In this document: piece after piece, positions 13,801 to 21,795 of the stretch
Position numbering within the stretch: position 1 is the stretch's first letter
Layout of the letters: each line of letters starts with the position of its first letter
Source: a virus
Virus record (IMG/VR): IMGVR_UViG_3300020442_000007
Location: 101,480-165,479 of that record
DNA: 64,000 nt
Direction: 5' to 3' (one strand)
Notes under the pieces: model-generated
Told to the model about the DNA's origin: nothing
Database searches by the model: none
The model's input: only the letters and a program-made list of their open reading frames with translations
Program-made: the position numbers and the translations under genes

Positions 13801-16800
13801 AATCATGTAAAGTATAATCTTTATCTACTAATTTTGTCCATTGTATAAAATCAGATAACATTGGACTGTCTACACTATTTTTATTAAAATCTGTTTTCCT
13901 GTATTCACCGCCTTGAAAATCATGTATATCAAAAAGAGAACTATCATATTTTACTTTAATATTGTTAAAAATTCTTAATTCTAATTCTAATATTAAATTA
14001 TCTCTAAAGTCTTTGTAAGCAACTGTTTTACTACCATCATGTCCTTGAATTATAGGAGTACCTTCTACCCATTCGTTAATATTTTCTGCAGGTTCTGTAG
14101 TACCGTGGTTTGAACTACTATTAGGCATATAGAAAGTTCTATTCAAACCTTTAAAAGTATGTGTATGGGCTGATCCTGCTCCGCCTTGTTCTATATCTTT
14201 AGTAATTGCTTCTGCTCGAGTAGCATACAATGGCCAGAACCAACCTAGTTTGCCTGCACCTTTTTGATTTTCTCCTGCTACACCATATAACTTATATGCC
14301 CCAGATGGAGACACTGGTGCTTCAATTTGTACAGTATTATCAATATAAATTTCAGGTTCGTAACTTGGATACAAACCTAATTTTGTAGGCGTTGGTGGTA
14401 CATAACTTCCGTTGGTTGTTTCATATTCGTAAATATCTAACAAATCACCGTTTGATTTATTTGCTGTTACACGACAAAAACCTTCACTGTTAAAAGTATA
14501 ATCCTTGTTGTGTGTTAACTGTCTCCCATTAAGGTATACTTGTACAGAATCTCTACTTACTGTATCTAAAGTAAATGATTTTGAAAGCAAGAAATATTCT
14601 TCTGTATTATCGTCTACGTTGTGTGTAGTTTTAGTGAAAGATCCTTGTGGTACCATATCTGAGAAATAAAATGGCATTGAGTTAATTTTATCTTTATTCA
14701 ACTCGGCCATAATTTTATCTACATGATCTTTGACAGGACCTTCATAACCTAGGTCATATGCAACTTGCATAAAAGATCTTTTAAATTTTCCATATTCTCT
14801 TCTTGCATATTTTAATGCAGATATTAGATTAGAGTCTTTATCTAACAAGCTATACATAGATAAGTTTAAAGGAGAACTATGTTTAACAAATCTATTTCCG
14901 TATTTTGTAACGTCACCTAGATCTCTTAAATTACTCCTGCCAGGGAATTTACCTTTGAAATCTGGTAAATCTTCAACAATACTAGAAACATGATTATTGA
15001 CTTCTCCAACAGTAAATTCATTTAAATTATTATTAAGTGGATTTCTTTCTAAATTACTTGGAAAATCATAATAACCGTTGTCATTTTTTTGAGCTGACGA
15101 AGTTGTTTTTAAAATTATTTTGTCACCAATTGTCAAACCCGTTCTTGAAGTGAATGCAGGAGACAAAAATTTAATTGTTTTAAAATTGTTAGGTGATGTG
15201 CCTAATTCGTAATCTATATCTTTTAATTTAAGTTCATTATTTAAAAAAACTGTAAGATTAAGATCTGCTAATGAAGCACTATTTTCATAGACGTCAATCT
15301 CAAATGTAGATGTTGTGTTATCAAAAACATATTGTCTAATTACTGGTTGTTTACTATCTGTAGGAGCTTTTTGCCATGCATTTAAATTTGTATACTTTTC
15401 AATTGCAGAGTATTTTTGTAAAAAACCTACATCTGTGTTTTTATAATAAAGTTGGCTACCTATTAGGTATTCAAAATATTCTGTGAGTAAATCAAATTTA
15501 AAAGTTATATCGCCAACATTAGTAATTGTTCTGTAAGAAAGCACAATTCCAACTTCACTATCTAATGTACCAATGTTACCTTCTTTATAACTGAATATTT
15601 TATTACCTTTAAAAGTAGAAGAATTATAAACAGAAGTGTCACTAAAACTTTTATTATTCTCATCAAATAAATCAAACAAAGGTGCCTGATTAACTTTTGT
15701 TTTAGTTTGTGCTTGTTTCCACTCAGTGCCATTATAATAATACATCAAACCTTTGTATGTCGTACCTTGTGACACTAAAACCACTTCGTTTGTAATGGGT
15801 TTGGAATCTGGAACTTCGATAAGAGATATTTGTTTTTTATTTTGATCTATTTCTATTTCAGGTCCATCAAATTTGAAAAATTTTACTTCGAATATTCTGC
15901 CTTTAACTAACGGGTCTGGATCAGCAGTAAATAATACACGCATACCATCAATTAGATCTACTCCATCAATATTGTAACCTGTACTTCCTTCTATAGTAGA
16001 AAATACATCTTTAGTATGAGTGTCTAATAAGTTGACATTTTCTTTTGTTTGGGTACCAAAATCAAATAATTTTAATCCTTTATTAAATTCAATAATAGGC
16101 CTTTTAGCCCTAGCAGATTCATCAATACTTACAGGTTGATCATTTAATAATGCCGCTTGTTCAATTACTGATTTATGAAACCACCTGTTATACCTACTCC
16201 ATAAGTTACCATCGTTCGCGGAACGGTTGATAAGCATGTAATCTCTTACAGTAGGATAACCTATTGCAGTATCAAAAGGTTGCCTATCAAATCCTTGTCT
16301 GTCAAAATTAATATCTACATTATCTACAAATGCACTTGGTACTGTAAGTTCTTTTTCATCAATTAAAACAATCTTATCTCCTACACCTTCAACAAAATAT
16401 TCGCTTTCAGCATATTTTGCAGGAGTAACATCACCTATGAATTTTATTTTCATTCCATTAGTAAGATCAAATCCTGCACCTGTAGTATATGTTTTTTTAC
16501 CTAACACTTCTGCGTCTATATCAATAGCAGAAGCTTCTTCAATATTAGCAACTTTAATCAATCCAGCCGCCTCAATATCATTACCTGCTACATAGTATAA
16601 AACATTAGGAGTAGTTTCTGTAGGTGTAAAAGTAATTACACCTTCTTCAGTGCCTTGATTATCAATCAAACTTGTGTCAGATGTTAAAAGAAAACTTTCG
16701 TCTAAAGTTCTTTTTGTTTTAATAGTAAAAGGCAACCCAGGAGTGTTAATATCAAATTTATAAGTTACGCCTCTAAATAATTTTATTGTTGGGTTTTGTG

Positions 16801-17368
16801 TTAACCCATCAGGTGAAAATACAAAACCGAAATTATCTAAATTATCAGCAAGTGTAACAGTATAGGTACTAACTACTTCTGTAGTCTGTCCTCTTACATC
16901 TACAGTTTGTGGACCACTAGGCAACCAATAATATTCTCTAAAATTGATAAATTTATCCCAATCAATATGCGGATCCCAACTATAATATTCTTGTTTATTT
17001 GTAATACTGTGATCTTTAACTTTATCATTAAAACTAACCAACTGATTCATATAATCATTATAATCTTTATAAAATTTTACTGAATCTAAATTATCTTTGA
17101 TTACTGCTGCTGGTTCAAATTGGTAATTTGCTCTGCTATCAGTAAAGTCACCAATATAATTGTCATCTTTTTGGAAAGATGTAGACGCTTCTCTTCCGTA
17201 GTAACCATTTAGTTTTTCTACAACGCCAGGTTGTAATAGTTGGTCTAACGTACTAGATAAAAATTTGCTGTTTGGAACTGTTCTAAAATATTTAGGTAAG
17301 TGCTGTTCCGATTTTCTTTTGGCGTTTGGATCAGCTTTTCCATCTTTTTGATGATTATCAAAAGCCAT
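1808..17368 (-). CDS. Giant multidomain baseplate wedge-like structural protein (5186 aa)
   Basis: Uninterrupted ORF directly after the gp6-like gene. Contains FG-GAP-like propeller blades (FGSAVSVTADGKYLVVGSP, WGADIALSSDGNIIAIGEP), CBM5/12-like W/Y..GD.V.Y repeats, GxGY..P repeats, a VKPFKSKLRE wedge-type motif and C-terminal GDG.T..F Ig-like repeats. Confidence 0.75.
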   Translation of the reverse strand: MAFDNHQKDGKADPNAKRKSEQHLPKYFRTVPNSKFLSSTLDQLLQPGVVEKLNGYYGREASTSFQKDDNYIGDFTDSRANYQFEPAAVIKDNLDSVKFYKDYNDYMNQLVSFNDKVKDHSITNKQEYYSWDPHIDWDKFINFREYYWLPSGPQTVDVRGQTTEVVSTYTVTLADNLDNFGFVFSPDGLTQNPTIKLFRGVTYKFDINTPGLPFTIKTKRTLDESFLLTSDTSLIDNQGTEEGVITFTPTETTPNVLYYVAGNDIEAAGLIKVANIEEASAIDIDAEVLGKKTYTTGAGFDLTNGMKIKFIGDVTPAKYAESEYFVEGVGDKIVLIDEKELTVPSAFVDNVDINFDRQGFDRQPFDTAIGYPTVRDYMLINRSANDGNLWSRYNRWFHKSVIEQAALLNDQPVSIDESARAKRPIIEFNKGLKLFDFGTQTKENVNLLDTHTKDVFSTIEGSTGYNIDGVDLIDGMRVLFTADPDPLVKGRIFEVKFFKFDGPEIEIDQNKKQISLIEVPDSKPITNEVVLVSQGTTYKGLMYYYNGTEWKQAQTKTKVNQAPLFDLFDENNKSFSDTSVYNSSTFKGNKIFSYKEGNIGTLDSEVGIVLSYRTITNVGDITFKFDLLTEYFEYLIGSQLYYKNTDVGFLQKYSAIEKYTNLNAWQKAPTDSKQPVIRQYVFDNTTSTFEIDVYENSASLADLNLTVFLNNELKLKDIDYELGTSPNNFKTIKFLSPAFTSRTGLTIGDKIILKTTSSAQKNDNGYYDFPSNLERNPLNNNLNEFTVGEVNNHVSSIVEDLPDFKGKFPGRSNLRDLGDVTKYGNRFVKHSSPLNLSMYSLLDKDSNLISALKYARREYGKFKRSFMQVAYDLGYEGPVKDHVDKIMAELNKDKINSMPFYFSDMVPQGSFTKTTHNVDDNTEEYFLLSKSFTLDTVSRDSVQVYLNGRQLTHNKDYTFNSEGFCRVTANKSNGDLLDIYEYETTNGSYVPPTPTKLGLYPSYEPEIYIDNTVQIEAPVSPSGAYKLYGVAGENQKGAGKLGWFWPLYATRAEAITKDIEQGGAGSAHTHTFKGLNRTFYMPNSSSNHGTTEPAENINEWVEGTPIIQGHDGSKTVAYKDFRDNLILELELRIFNNIKVKYDSSLFDIHDFQGGEYRKTDFNKNSVDSPMLSDFIQWTKLVDKDYTLHDFYNRTNTFTFNYGTAASPNGTTMPGFWRGVYRHAFDTDRPHTHPWEMLGFTIKPTWWDAQYGPAPYTKDNLVLWTDLQNGVVREPNKKIKILNKYKRPGLLDYIPVNESGNLISPNDSGYVQSFDSAKLGDSFKFGDEAPVETAWRRSSEYPFSLITAWTLSQPSKVLATGFDRANQIRNLTQQIIYKTQSNQIKLSSLVFPNTHLDTTQTYTSGLINYIAGYMASSVTTSYSQYKNNIQNITNQIGFKVGGYTDKNKFKLILDSRTPLNEGNVFVPDENYSIFLNKSAPVKTISYSGVMIEKRPNGYKIKGYDDSTTAFKYFPHFERDRDPVVTVGGTTESFLEFEGGRTYTIGSIVEQAGKYYRVTKQHIAGDTFEESNFASIPKVPVRGGREIILRREFATFAPLELPYGTILNTIQDVCDFLQGYGKYLESIGFVFDNFRKSASVVDDWETSTKEFAFWTLHNWSAGTLISLSPGANQLKFRTEYSVVDNIFDGFFGYTLLKVDGQKLTSDFVQVDRQDPNEFILRPKNTADGIFAIKLPCVQKEHVVLLDNKTVFNDTIYDPEPGYRQERIKVLGYRTTNWDGSLNIEGFVYDQATIEDWQSNKDYFIGDIVKYKEFYYTANSKVPGTESFIDTQWTRLDYKPESGLSPNFEYKTNQFADFYDLDSDNFDSEQQRLAQHLIGYQKRKYLENIINDDVSQYKFYQGFIQDKGTKNALTKLFDVLGNADKDSLEFYEEWAIKRGQYGAAAGFDEVEYKLDEDKFRLSPQPIELVKNVTGEETDLVYRILPYETYLKPKGYDHSPFPKKYVAPEQGYAKDSGYVNQEDVKFIVKDFDSILDIDFANCNQGDLIWVGNDNLTWNIYRHDDTDFVVEKVTGGETEFTVSLTSTPQNIKAGDIFGVYDLISTTLDQADSTFATASTSKSAIGAFFKVKSVSLEKITFISPDKVDDIEDCKGRLSRLVSVRTDSLSKLNDVAQKLAQVKSKFWVDKADGDNWRVYEASEAFQKLQDVSSGESIANETFATAISSNKNNTVLAVGSPDEDDGQVYIYTRGSASANFVLSQVVTAPTDTAFTFKRFYTGATYTEGELVKANNIFYTVSETHVGGENFDVTKFVPLTTPPKLQKFGSAVSVTADGKYLVVGSPNASNVKTRYKQNYNPSSAYVLDDIVTYNNKLWKATTSIVPQSDSIQFTSFGSVVQQIESIGNTTEASEQVDVLLTGKYPFTGINVDHVLVKTPKLMYAGLDINDQVKLKWNSKTIANQEQSLYTSREPFPGGGMPELDSTFFSSVHQVQMKVDLILNINAFTNQPVAGDKVQTQTGSATVAYSYEVGGSLGLYLNNITGSFDSTDSLFLVNGDFVGEYVTSAPAETIDVSSYYGGYIMLTVPGGYNIFTTTSDEGKGLVFQEAITDSSTPSNYYYNSRDYETSTIQSEDTLASYIETLSYQGLPGAGGATTPFLSPLYVIRAPKDLTDTLSNGDKFKFLIPSLSRYVTGTNNDPSAIGLSYAKTNKELTVYDLWDGYIKFQFTKFNLFGEPFEPRIGDTVQDVTTGATAEVTFYQRDALNATIFVKNAVGDFSNGSQFGNNAEIKFIGVPTDTSPIYQVDRVMGEIQKKSLGLSAEGIGKLIVIDSGENIDIPSVSRQIDTEYWFYEENTVAGVPVSANLPSAGNNDWINVYSIPAVSGATASTFENQGMYSVFGTGNTNRFQFLRSYIVPEAHEDFYLGSEIKTAKQNDLYRLFVHAGQDYTRLRDFRNIGKELDDSTFIPGRTYFIKNGTDINGDVWDWELAKDKKFQGTFSPLVSYQTGDIIYLDRGIYKANTNLSPGIFNGANWTQQTQPLDYLGYVPNNTEIQPIFDSADPSTILDQGGLFNFNRIDVSDDGEVLIGLARYSGGDKAQVVVYRNKNGNYQRSQSILENSFPAPLNAVDLDLWSTGKTLWGADIALSSDGNIIAIGEPFAETQRSEEDPSRIQIDQGRVFVLKKNTATGMFELSQTLYSRANEKVELFGIRLAFDENILAITAKNADSDAKTTFDSTEGVPQTTWDNNFTTFAKKFVDTGVVYLYENISGNLVYGQKLAYDELQDSTQAVANSDSSNSIKDFGMNLYTNNSHVYVGLPKQTVADGENGAVIDYRKEPTANIWKTHSQPKDTVDVAKIKKVLLYNTKENKLVSYLDYVDPIQGKIPGIAEQELSYKLHYDPAVYTVGTSDVNTSKSEVWGENQVGELWWDLSTTKFLNPYQNNTIYSVNNWNTQFTGNSIDVYEWVETTLLPSEWNTLSASAEGVTEGISGTTKYDDTIYSTRRIYDDVAQTFSTKYYYWVKGKITAPRLESRKLSAFNVAKYIDDPASMGYRFINFISPTSFVIHNCESLLKDKEVALSIQYWTIENQDINIHNQYQLYTAGLDTSKPNADIERKWFDSLIGYDDAGRIVPDPNLSAKEKYGILNDPRQSWFVNKTEALKQVIDRANLVLKENLIVDDKIITPLLSKQAAPLAAGNTYDLAVDTFEDLEFVGTAKVKQAILTPVIVDGKIVRVTIDDPGRGYKVVPTVEITGNFETAANITLTLNNVGAVISATVDSQGSGYSSTLTTLSVRRFAVLVNSDSTLSGKWSIYERNVNNTLWVRKQSQVFDVSLFWEYIDWYDTGYNEFTTINHLINSSYELESIDDTTGDIVKIANVGSGGWLLLEKIDNADSIDYTRNYKTIGRQNGTIRFLPSLFNTAVGSGFDSASYDIKVYDVQPVKETRIILEALRDNLFVDELAVEYNNLFLSSLKYVFAEQGLVDWAFKTSFIKARHNVGDLSKKITFQNDNLPSYEEYLKEVKPFKSKLREYISDYNQLNVASNLVTDFDLPPRYDNSSKSIIPPAVKVIDNAIVGTDTDLTTYPNKNWVDNLSYKIKRIEIADAGSGYTQPPVLKFVGQDLSTSETGTGATALAKLGQGGKIASVEITNQGTGYLNPPVVEINGSISEGGRPARLIAVLGDGLVRGMHTTVKFDRVTGKFVVTKLSETQTFVGSGSAYIFDLIFPMDLRTNTVEITVSGELALQSEYTYENVKDTSKGYDRYFGRVTFTKPPASNTSIVINYKKPVEYLTASDRVSLEYNPVAGQFGNDLSQVMDGIDYGGVEVKSFEFGGNTGWDSAPWFTDSWDTYDTTYEDEVFKLDGSTISITLSKPLENGVVYNLYRNGIRLDDPNWAPEPNYDSTLIKNPNAIMQSITGDGVTTVIELQEYEVPTQADDVIIVRKETSDGSFINDPESYDTSISGGSLAYNSATGLKAEDITIDGDGFVTPTTSKGPEEVVPGQVIDAVDISVFERPVGGSSIVVNRNHTGDGSTKSFDIGKSPFTGSSLFVKVDSDIMEPTTDDSTLGYKVNYANKTVDFEVAPADGAKINLTLVEVAGLQILDIDSFVSDGSSNTFETNVRWTDNVQGIATSNGKKLDAVLTKSTGEYPNNVELVLASPLQAGDVVRYALFIGDGNEIDSFSQVVVDDFIATTPQGNDTLVLSQAPFSYGPSGIHTLVQVGDDILHSGYNQEFTVSAENEYKLDLWQIPIALIQAAQVQVYLNGRELTYTTDWTFISAEAFDSDTPLDQQKGNTVKLADGVGVAGDKLLVYIITESQYRFGYFEQQGDSSSVFVPTPTICSFEVDRPIGTRMRVFQFSNSTAQKFSRESYTVQENTPITKGSADYYFLNNLRAGLFKLRNQAVDSKYVWVILNNKLLKPDVDYSVTTDKNFVKLVSPLSQGDRIEVLHFGNPTVITKFGFRQFKDMLNRTHYKRIDGDKNYILGKDLKPYDKVIELVDASGITNPTEGSEYPGIVFVNGERIEYRQKEGNLLKQLQRGTLGTGVKDIHTHGTEVYDQSIDASMPYKDETISTVFTADGTSSTFELDFTPGANGVNEFDVFVAGKRLRKNAIASYKFETTINGVTTSSIAQDSPEGDETLPAEFTLAGSTVTLLNTPGENQKVIIIRKQGKIWTDPGEPLSQADSDIGRFLRATSVDLPR

Positions 17369-20300
17369 TAGTAACCTCCGCTATAACCTGAACCTGAGCT
17401 ACCTGATGAACCGCTTGATGAACCGCTTGATGAACTGCTTGATGAACCGCTTGATGAACCGCTTGATGAACCTGTACCATAATTACTTCCAGTTGCTCCT
17501 GTTGATCCTGTTGCTGAGCTAGAACTGCTCGCTCCGCTTGATGTGGTATTACTTGTCGCTACACCTGTTGTGTTTGCAGAAGTTGTTGTAGAGCTTTGTA
17601 TACCTGCAGATACTCTTGTACTTGCTGTAACCACAGTACCATCTGCTCGCAACCTACTTGCTGTCACTGCATCAATTACTTCAATGTTATCAACTGTAGC
17701 TCCGCTTATGAAGATTTCATCGCTTTCTGATTTAATTTCATATAAACTACCAAACACTTGAGATGATTGATTAGGCACAATAATAAATGTAACCAAATCT
17801 GGTGTCATAGTAGACATAACATAATTTGCCATTTCTGAGAAGAAAAATTTATCTCCAAAATCCCAATTTTCAAGAGCAAAATATTGGTTTATTGCGGCAA
17901 TAATTCTTGATTTTATATCGTTGTCATTTAAAACAAGATCTGGATTTTTTACTACCTTAAATATTGCTTGCAAATCTGCCTCCGATTTTTCTCCAAATAG
18001 CACTTTGTACTTAACTGGATGATATATTATTTCATCTGATAATGATTTGATCTTTGATAATGCTGTATTGTACGATAAAGCAAGAGCATCTGAACTAGGC
18101 GGTAAAGGTTGTGTTCCTGCTCCATTCAAATATAATCTAAAGTCTGTATCGTAACTTTTTGTTAAAATGTAAGTGTCAATAATATTACTTGCACTAGGAT
18201 CAATCCGTGAGCTATCATCTGCACCGTGAATATAATGGAAAGTAATATCGTCTCGACCGACTCTAGCTCTGTAATCTGTTGTCTGTTCTAACACTCCTGT
18301 GGTGTTGTTATAAAATTTAAAAATATTAGAATTTGAAAAATAAAAAAGTTGTCCGTTGGTATATGAACTTAGGGGATTTAATGAGCCTTCATTATTTAAA
18401 ACTATAATATTAAGTGTACTTGCAGGCACGTAATTATAATCCTCTACGCCATCTGTAGTAGTAACTTTCTGTTGAAAAATATATTTTGTCAACGGATTTG
18501 TTGTTTCGTCTACAATAGTATCAAAAATATCTGGATCATCTACTACTCCGTCATCATCACTGTCGAAGAATGTCACTTCAATTTTTTTACTATCAACATA
18601 ACCTTCTGCATCTCTATATTCTTCTGTTAATTCCCAATCATAGTTTACCGTAAAAGGTAAAGCACTATCTGGTTGTGTGTTTATATTCAAAACACTTATT
18701 TTATCTTTAACTATTTTTCCGGTCAAATTATTATAAATTTTGTCAGTCTTATCAAAGTAAAATCTCATTTCTTGATTACTTTCAAAGATATATCTCATTG
18801 CTCTGTTTTTAATAGTGTAAGTTTCACCATTAGTTTCAAAAAGTAACATCCAACTACTATCTAATTGTTGATTTGATATATCTCCTGTTTTACCAGTACT
18901 GAACGGAGCATTGACATTTAAATTATTTTCTGTAACAATTCTCCAAGATTGTGAATCAGTGCTGTATCTTAATCCGAATGTTTTATATGCAAATACTTGG
19001 TCAATCAATTGTGTTGCTACGTCTGCTTCAAGGGAACCTGCAAGACCAGGAATTATTTCTGCTAATCTAGATCCTGTAGGAATAACATCATTTAATGATA
19101 CTGGGCCTTGTCCTGAACTTGCTACTATTGTTCCGTCTCCTGAAACTGCGGCAATTTTGACCCATTTATAATCAACAACACCTTTCTTACCTTGATAACC
19201 TGTAGTGCTTACTAGATCAGTGTTCAAAAAACTCTGTCCTGCAGGTGGTAAAACTTTTATTAACGATCCTGGAACCATTAATTTTAAAAGAGATGAAGTA
19301 AATGATCCTAGTTGTGATGTTACATCTGCTGTGTTTTTAAAATATCCAGTGCTTAAATTTGTTGTTTTAGTAGATTGTACCCATGTAACGCCTAAATCAA
19401 TAGTTGAAATTTTAGGAAAATTATTATAGTAATAATTTCGAACTTTTTTATCTCTCAAAATAGGTTGTATTACATTAACTATTGCGCCTTCTACATCAGT
19501 TTTTGTAACAAAACTAAAAGTTGTTTTAGGTTCTAAATTTTCTTTGAATAAAACTCCATCTGTTCCATACAAATTTGTTTTACTGTATTTTCCAGTTGCA
19601 TCAATTAGATCAAAATATCTTGAAATACCACTTGATGTTCTATTAATAGATTTTACTTTAATAATTTCTTGGCTTACTCCTAAAGGAGAAATTTGATAGT
19701 CTTCTCCTGTAACCATTCTATTTTGTGTATAATATGTAGAAGGAGCATTTTGTTTAATACTTGCATTAGTTTCACTTACAGTTGAATTATCAACTGTATA
19801 CTTTAGTTCATAAGTTAAAGTCAAAGTTTCTACTTTATCTGTTTTTGACAAATATGGTATAGTGACTGTTATTCCACGCATATCATCTGGAGTAATAATA
19901 ACTCTTTCATTTTTGCTTACTCTATAAAATACTCTAAAACTTCCTTTTGGTAAATTTCCAAAGACTCCATCTGAGAACATTAAACTAATTCTATCATCTA
20001 CTCTTGTAAGGACTGCGTAAATGTTATTCACACTTTTTGCTAAACTATTATATACTACATTATTTCCTTCAACAGAATCTACTTTTGTCCATAGTTCTTG
20101 TTCTGCGCCAAAAGAGTCTAATTTATAAAGCCACACATCTGTATTGTTCACGTTTGTAGCATCAATGGCTACAACTTGATTTGTGCTAGGAGTAGTAATA
20201 TTAAATACTCCTTCGTCTATTGCACCTTCACGGAAATGACTAAAAAATCCTGTATTAGAACTTGCACTTCCTCTTCCATCATCTCTATATAAAAACGCAA

Positions 20301-21003
20301 AATTGTTTCCAGGAAATGGTGCTTCTTCTTGAATTACTCTATCGTTAACATCGGTAGAAACAATTTCAAATCTTACACTCCTACCGTCTATATTTTTTGA
20401 AAAACTATATACAGGAACTTCTGTATTAGTGCTTAACATTCTGTATTGTTCTGTTGGGATACCATTTGATGTATCTTTTTTAATGGGTCTGCCAAATTTT
20501 GCATTTACAGGTAAAGTTGAATTTATTACTTTTACAAATTGCTCATACCAATCAGGATTAGTAGGATCGTTCCATACTATAGTTTGATTTGCTAAATTAA
20601 CATTATTAGAATCTAAAATTTCTTCTGTTGTGCTTACACTTTCTACTTTCAAAAGTCCGTTAGCTGCTTGATTTCTTTTTGGATTATAAGAAAGTAGCCG
20701 TGCTAATCTTAGCACACTTTCTCTACGTTCAGCTAATTCTAAGTAATTTTCTCTAGCATTTAAGTCGATTCTAAATGATATGTTTTGACCCATATATGCT
20801 ATAAGATCAATTAACGCTAGATATTCACTTGATTCGATATAATCGTTAAAATCTTCCGGATAATTTTCACGCAGATAGTTAATCATCGTACGGCGAAGGT
20901 TGTCAAAGTCGTAACTTTGAAAATCTGCATTTCTAAAAGATTGATATATACGTCTCCAATCTTCCGCTAATAATAATCTATTCTGTCTATCTGTTGCCGG
21001 CAT
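17368..21003 (-). CDS. gp6: Baseplate wedge subunit, gp6-like
   Basis: N-terminal DFDNLRRTMINYL...DFNDYIESSE...LIDLIAY...RESVLRLARLLSYNPKR, FSDGVFGNLP and TQNRMVTGEDY are gp6/baseplate-J-like hallmarks. Ser/Gly-rich C-terminal tail. Confidence 0.85.
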   Translation of the reverse strand: MPATDRQNRLLLAEDWRRIYQSFRNADFQSYDFDNLRRTMINYLRENYPEDFNDYIESSEYLALIDLIAYMGQNISFRIDLNARENYLELAERRESVLRLARLLSYNPKRNQAANGLLKVESVSTTEEILDSNNVNLANQTIVWNDPTNPDWYEQFVKVINSTLPVNAKFGRPIKKDTSNGIPTEQYRMLSTNTEVPVYSFSKNIDGRSVRFEIVSTDVNDRVIQEEAPFPGNNFAFLYRDDGRGSASSNTGFFSHFREGAIDEGVFNITTPSTNQVVAIDATNVNNTDVWLYKLDSFGAEQELWTKVDSVEGNNVVYNSLAKSVNNIYAVLTRVDDRISLMFSDGVFGNLPKGSFRVFYRVSKNERVIITPDDMRGITVTIPYLSKTDKVETLTLTYELKYTVDNSTVSETNASIKQNAPSTYYTQNRMVTGEDYQISPLGVSQEIIKVKSINRTSSGISRYFDLIDATGKYSKTNLYGTDGVLFKENLEPKTTFSFVTKTDVEGAIVNVIQPILRDKKVRNYYYNNFPKISTIDLGVTWVQSTKTTNLSTGYFKNTADVTSQLGSFTSSLLKLMVPGSLIKVLPPAGQSFLNTDLVSTTGYQGKKGVVDYKWVKIAAVSGDGTIVASSGQGPVSLNDVIPTGSRLAEIIPGLAGSLEADVATQLIDQVFAYKTFGLRYSTDSQSWRIVTENNLNVNAPFSTGKTGDISNQQLDSSWMLLFETNGETYTIKNRAMRYIFESNQEMRFYFDKTDKIYNNLTGKIVKDKISVLNINTQPDSALPFTVNYDWELTEEYRDAEGYVDSKKIEVTFFDSDDDGVVDDPDIFDTIVDETTNPLTKYIFQQKVTTTDGVEDYNYVPASTLNIIVLNNEGSLNPLSSYTNGQLFYFSNSNIFKFYNNTTGVLEQTTDYRARVGRDDITFHYIHGADDSSRIDPSASNIIDTYILTKSYDTDFRLYLNGAGTQPLPPSSDALALSYNTALSKIKSLSDEIIYHPVKYKVLFGEKSEADLQAIFKVVKNPDLVLNDNDIKSRIIAAINQYFALENWDFGDKFFFSEMANYVMSTMTPDLVTFIIVPNQSSQVFGSLYEIKSESDEIFISGATVDNIEVIDAVTASRLRADGTVVTASTRVSAGIQSSTTTSANTTGVATSNTTSSGASSSSSATGSTGATGSNYGTGSSSGSSSGSSSSSSSGSSSGSSGSSGSGYSGGY
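17404..17472. repeat. 12-bp tandem repeat (TGATGAACCGCT x ~5.7) encoding the SSSG tail of the gp6-like protein
   Basis: Directly visible; one unit has a C>T variant. Confidence 0.95.
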
Positions 21004-21024
21004 ATGTAATATTCCTTATTACAC

Positions 21025-21030
21025 TATTTA
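21025..21030 (-). promoter_or_regulatory. Late promoter core TAAATA for the gp6-like gene
   Basis: aaTAAATAg in the intergenic gap, followed by a TAAGGA RBS and ATG 21003. Confidence 0.65.
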
Positions 21031-21056
21031 TTGTATACAGTAAAGTACGTATATAA

Positions 21057-21506
21057 TTAGGACTTTAAAAAGCCCGCATCTTCGTCGAATCTCATGCGTA
21101 AAGTTTCTGAAATATTAAACGGAAGATATGTTATAGTGCATTCAATTTGTATTCCTTGTTCGTATTGATCAATTACAATTCTGTCTACATTTGTTCTTGG
21201 ATCATTGTTTATGATTTTTGTAACATTTTGCGTAATTGCATCTTTAAGTGTTTCAGTAAGCGGTTCAAATAATGCGTCCCAAATTATTGTACCAAACTCA
21301 GGATTACTCAACTTTTCGCCTTGACGTATGTGGAAATGATTAATTAAGTCTTGCTTAATTAAGGAGATATCATATAGGCTTACAGTATTATTTTCAGGAT
21401 TTACTGTACTCATACCCCTATATGTGGTCTTAGAATTTACAGATTGCTCGCTTTTGTTGCCTGGTACTGTAATTTCTGCATAAATTTTTTTCTCTCTACT
21501 ACTCAT
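21057..21506 (-). CDS. gp25: Baseplate wedge / sheath initiator, gp25-like
   Basis: IKQDLINHFHIRQGEKLSNPEFGTIIWDALFEP...DPR is the gp25 family signature. Confidence 0.92.
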   Translation of the reverse strand: MSSREKKIYAEITVPGNKSEQSVNSKTTYRGMSTVNPENNTVSLYDISLIKQDLINHFHIRQGEKLSNPEFGTIIWDALFEPLTETLKDAITQNVTKIINNDPRTNVDRIVIDQYEQGIQIECTITYLPFNISETLRMRFDEDAGFLKS

Positions 21507-21511
21507 ATCAA

Positions 21512-21517
21512 TATTTA
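21512..21517 (-). promoter_or_regulatory. Late promoter core TAAATA, 5 nt before the gp25 ATG
   Basis: gaTAAATAttgatATG, overlapping the PAAR stop codon. Confidence 0.6.
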
Positions 21518-21793
21518 TCCTCCAGCAAAAACGTCAGGACTGCCTTCTTTTACTGCGGTGCAATTTTTTCCGCCAACGTCATCACCAACTCTTCCACAAC
21601 CTAAGTTATTAACAAATACTGTAGTTGAGCCAACTGTTATGACTTCTGAATGTCCACCACAATGTGCTGTGTTAGGATCACTCTGTCTGCTTATTGCGAT
21701 TCCGTTTGCAAATACATTACCAGAACCTTTAGCTCTTACCATACCACCACAATGAGGTACATCATCATCGCCTATTCTTGTGACTGCTGGCAT
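21515..21793 (-). CDS. PAAR-repeat spike tip protein (gp5.4-like)
   Basis: MPAVTRIGD...GSGNVFANG...GSTTVFVNNLGCGRVGD...GSPDVFAG with His/Cys metal ligands. Confidence 0.92.
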   Translation of the reverse strand: MPAVTRIGDDDVPHCGGMVRAKGSGNVFANGIAISRQSDPNTAHCGGHSEVITVGSTTVFVNNLGCGRVGDDVGGKNCTAVKEGSPDVFAGG

Positions 21794-21795
21794 GT

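Noticed and set aside
17404-17472. Possible CRISPR-like repeat
   Set aside because: Spacerless in-frame 12-bp tandem repeat within a coding region; no cas genes in the window.
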